Source of the DNA: a virus
Taxonomy: Duplodnaviria; Heunggongvirae; Uroviricota; Caudoviricetes
IMG/VR virus record: IMGVR_UViG_2681813233_000006
Reading direction: 5' to 3' (one strand)
DNA length: 6,879 nucleotides
This document shows, one piece after another, positions 4,845-6,879 of the stretch. The position numbers and the translations under genes are program-made. The notes beneath the pieces were generated by a model. It did no database searches, was not told where the DNA came from, and saw nothing but the letters and a program-made list of their open reading frames with translations. Numbering within the stretch: the stretch's first letter is position 1; the number at the start of each line of letters is the position of its first letter.

Positions 4845-6879
4845 TAACAACCTGCGTCTGCAGGTCATTCTTAATGCGGTTGACAAGCTCACCCGCCCAT
4901 TTCGATCTGCGCAGGCCAGTTCAAGAGAACTGGCTGCTGCTGTCAAAAAATCCCGCGATGCAATAAAGCAGCTTGATCAGGCCGGGAGCAGTCTGGACAG
5001 CTTCCGAAAGCTGCAGGCAGAAAATCAGAAATTAGGCGACAGGCTGAACTATGCCCGCCAGCGTGCAAATTTGCTCAGTCAGGAACTGGGAGCGATGGGG
5101 CCGCCTTCGCAACGTCAGGTTGTTGCTCTGGGCCGTCAACGGCTGGCTGTTCAGCGTCTGGAAGAACGCCAGAAAAAGCTGCAGCAGCAGACGGCGCTTG
5201 TGCGTGCTGAACTGTACCGGGCGGGAATTTCTGCGAAAGACGATGCGGGAGCAACTGCCCGTTTAGCCCGTGAAACATCACGTTATAACCAGGAACTTTC
5301 GAAACAGGAGGCGCGGCTGAAGCGACTGGGGGAAGCTCAGCGCAGGATGAATGCAGCGCGTGCCAGTTATGCCCGTTCGCTGGAGGTGCGTGATCGTATT
5401 GCAGGTGCCGGAGCCACCACCACGGCTGCAGGGCTGGCAATGGGCGCACCAGTGATGGCGGCAGTAAAAAGCTATACCAGCATGGAAGATGCCATGAAAG
5501 GTGTGGCAAAGCAGGTCAATGGTCTGCGTGACGATAATGGCAACCGCACTGCACGTTTTTATGAAATGCAGGATGCCATCAAGGCTGCCAGCGAACAGTT
5601 GCCGATGGAAAACGGTGCGGTGGATTTCGCTGCACTGGTTGAAGGTGGTGCGCGCATGAACGTCGCAAACCCTGACGACAGTTGGGAAGATCAGAAACGT
5701 GACCTGCTGGCCTTCGCCAGTACGGCAGCAAAGGCGGCAACAGCCTTTGAGCTGCCAGCGGATGAACTGTCAGAAAGTCTGGGGAAAATCGCCCAGCTCT
5801 ACAAAATCCCCACCCGCAATATTGAACAGCTCGGTGATGCGCTGAACTATCTGGATGATAACGCCATGTCGAAAGGGGCAGACATCATTGATGTGATGCA
5901 ACGTCTGGGCGGTGTGGCTGACCGTCTGGATTATCGTAAAGCGGCGGCGCTGGGTTCCACCTTCCTGACACTGGGCGCTGCGCCAGAGGTTGCAGCCAGT
6001 GCAGCAAACGCGATGGTGCGTGAATTGTCCATTGCCACCATGCAAAGCAAAAGTTTCTTTGAAGGGATGAATCTGCTGAAACTCAATCCTGAAGTGATTG
6101 AAAAGCAGATGACGAAGGATGCGATGGGAACCATCCAGCGCGTGCTGGAGAAGGTAAACGCGCTGCCGCAGGACAAGCGCCTGTCTGCCATGACTATGTT
6201 GTTTGGTAAAGAGTTTGGCGATGACGCGGCGAAACTGGCAAACAACCTGCCGGAACTGCAGCGTCAGTTAAAACTGACAGCGGGCAATGATGCGCTCGGC
6301 TCCATGCAGAAAGAATCCGACATTAACAAGGATTCACTTTCTGCGCAGTGGTTGCTGGTCAAAACCGGAGCGCAGAACACCTTCAGCAGCCTGGGCGAAA
6401 CGCTGCGCCAGCCGCTGATGGATATTCTGTACACGGTGAAAAGCGTCACGGGAGCGTTGCGTCGCTGGGTGGAAGCTAACCCGGAACTGACAGGCACACT
6501 GATGAAAGCATCGGCTGTTGTGGCTGCGGTTACCGTCGGCCTCGGCACCTTAGCGGTGGCGCTGGCTGCAGTGCTGGGGCCGCTGGCAGTGATCCGTCTG
6601 GGATTCTCTGTGCTGGGTATCAAAACGTTATCTTCCGTTACGGCAGCAGTAACTCGAACCAGCAGCGCGTTGTCCTGGCTGGCTGGCGCACCACTGGCAC
6701 TGCTGCGACGCGGGCTTGCTTCATCGGGCAACGCCGCAGGTTTACTTACTGCGCCGTTGTCGTCTTTGCGCCGCACGGCATCACTGACGGGAAATGTCCT
6801 GAAAACTGTAGCAGGTGCGCCGGTTGCACTTTTGCGGTCTGGATTATCCGGTTTACGTGCTGTTGCTGTGATGTTTATG
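4837..6879 (+). CDS. T: Tail tape-measure protein (P2 gpT family); 3'-partial, 681 codons with no stop before the window end
   Basis: I translated the frame by hand from the ATG at 4837 to 6879 without meeting a stop. It has a coiled-coil-like N-terminus (QKKLQQQTALVRAELY...), a Gly/Ala-rich hydrophobic segment and C-terminal LLR-type repeats. It lies immediately after E/E'. The ORF track omits it only because it has no stop in the window. Confidence 0.9.
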   Translation, partial: MSDNNLRLQVILNAVDKLTRPFRSAQASSRELAAAVKKSRDAIKQLDQAGSSLDSFRKLQAENQKLGDRLNYARQRANLLSQELGAMGPPSQRQVVALGRQRLAVQRLEERQKKLQQQTALVRAELYRAGISAKDDAGATARLARETSRYNQELSKQEARLKRLGEAQRRMNAARASYARSLEVRDRIAGAGATTTAAGLAMGAPVMAAVKSYTSMEDAMKGVAKQVNGLRDDNGNRTARFYEMQDAIKAASEQLPMENGAVDFAALVEGGARMNVANPDDSWEDQKRDLLAFASTAAKAATAFELPADELSESLGKIAQLYKIPTRNIEQLGDALNYLDDNAMSKGADIIDVMQRLGGVADRLDYRKAAALGSTFLTLGAAPEVAASAANAMVRELSIATMQSKSFFEGMNLLKLNPEVIEKQMTKDAMGTIQRVLEKVNALPQDKRLSAMTMLFGKEFGDDAAKLANNLPELQRQLKLTAGNDALGSMQKESDINKDSLSAQWLLVKTGAQNTFSSLGETLRQPLMDILYTVKSVTGALRRWVEANPELTGTLMKASAVVAAVTVGLGTLAVALAAVLGPLAVIRLGFSVLGIKTLSSVTAAVTRTSSALSWLAGAPLALLRRGLASSGNAAGLLTAPLSSLRRTASLTGNVLKTVAGAPVALLRSGLSGLRAVAVMFM

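Noticed and set aside
4437-6776. Five minus-strand ORFs (4437..4946, 5075..5509, 5770..6045, 5931..6245, 6264..6776) and the + ORF 5051..5266
   Set aside because: All lie entirely inside the long, uninterrupted + strand tape-measure reading frame (4837 onward) or the E/E' region. They are antisense or off-frame shadow ORFs with low-complexity, Ser/Ala/Arg-rich translations and no ribosome-binding sites.
1-6879. tRNA, rRNA, CRISPR repeats, insertion sequences or integrase att sites
   Set aside because: No cloverleaf-like or tRNA-sized conserved stretches, no regularly spaced direct repeats, and no transposase-like ORFs. The window is almost entirely protein-coding tail genes.

Overview
This window is the tail-morphogenesis region of a P2-like (myovirus, Peduovirus-type) phage or prophage, with all expressed structural genes on the + strand. 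From 5' to 3': (i) the 3' end of a tail-fibre gene carrying a roughly 1.9 kb invertible host-range cassette (variable fibre tip Sv and its assembly chaperone on +; alternative chaperone and alternative fibre tip Sv' on -), bounded by a 14-bp perfect inverted repeat and a hix/gix-like crossover site; (ii) a Gin/Pin/Hin/Cin-family serine DNA invertase; (iii) a P2-type late-promoter dyad followed by tail sheath (FI), tail tube (FII), the E and E+E' frameshifted tail chaperones, and the first 681 codons of the tape-measure gene (T), which runs off the 3' edge. The window appears to begin one base inside the left crossover site, so the constant part of the tail-fibre gene lies upstream and is not visible. 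I found no tRNA, rRNA, CRISPR array or transposon. I do not see evidence for a previously undescribed system: everything fits a known architecture (P2 late tail operon plus a Mu G-segment / e14 P-region type inversion switch). The points most worth a second look are the exact inversion boundaries, the silent alternative fibre cassette, the late-promoter dyad, the E/E' slippery site and a stem-loop between FII and E. All similarity statements are from reading the translations and recalling these families, not from database searches.
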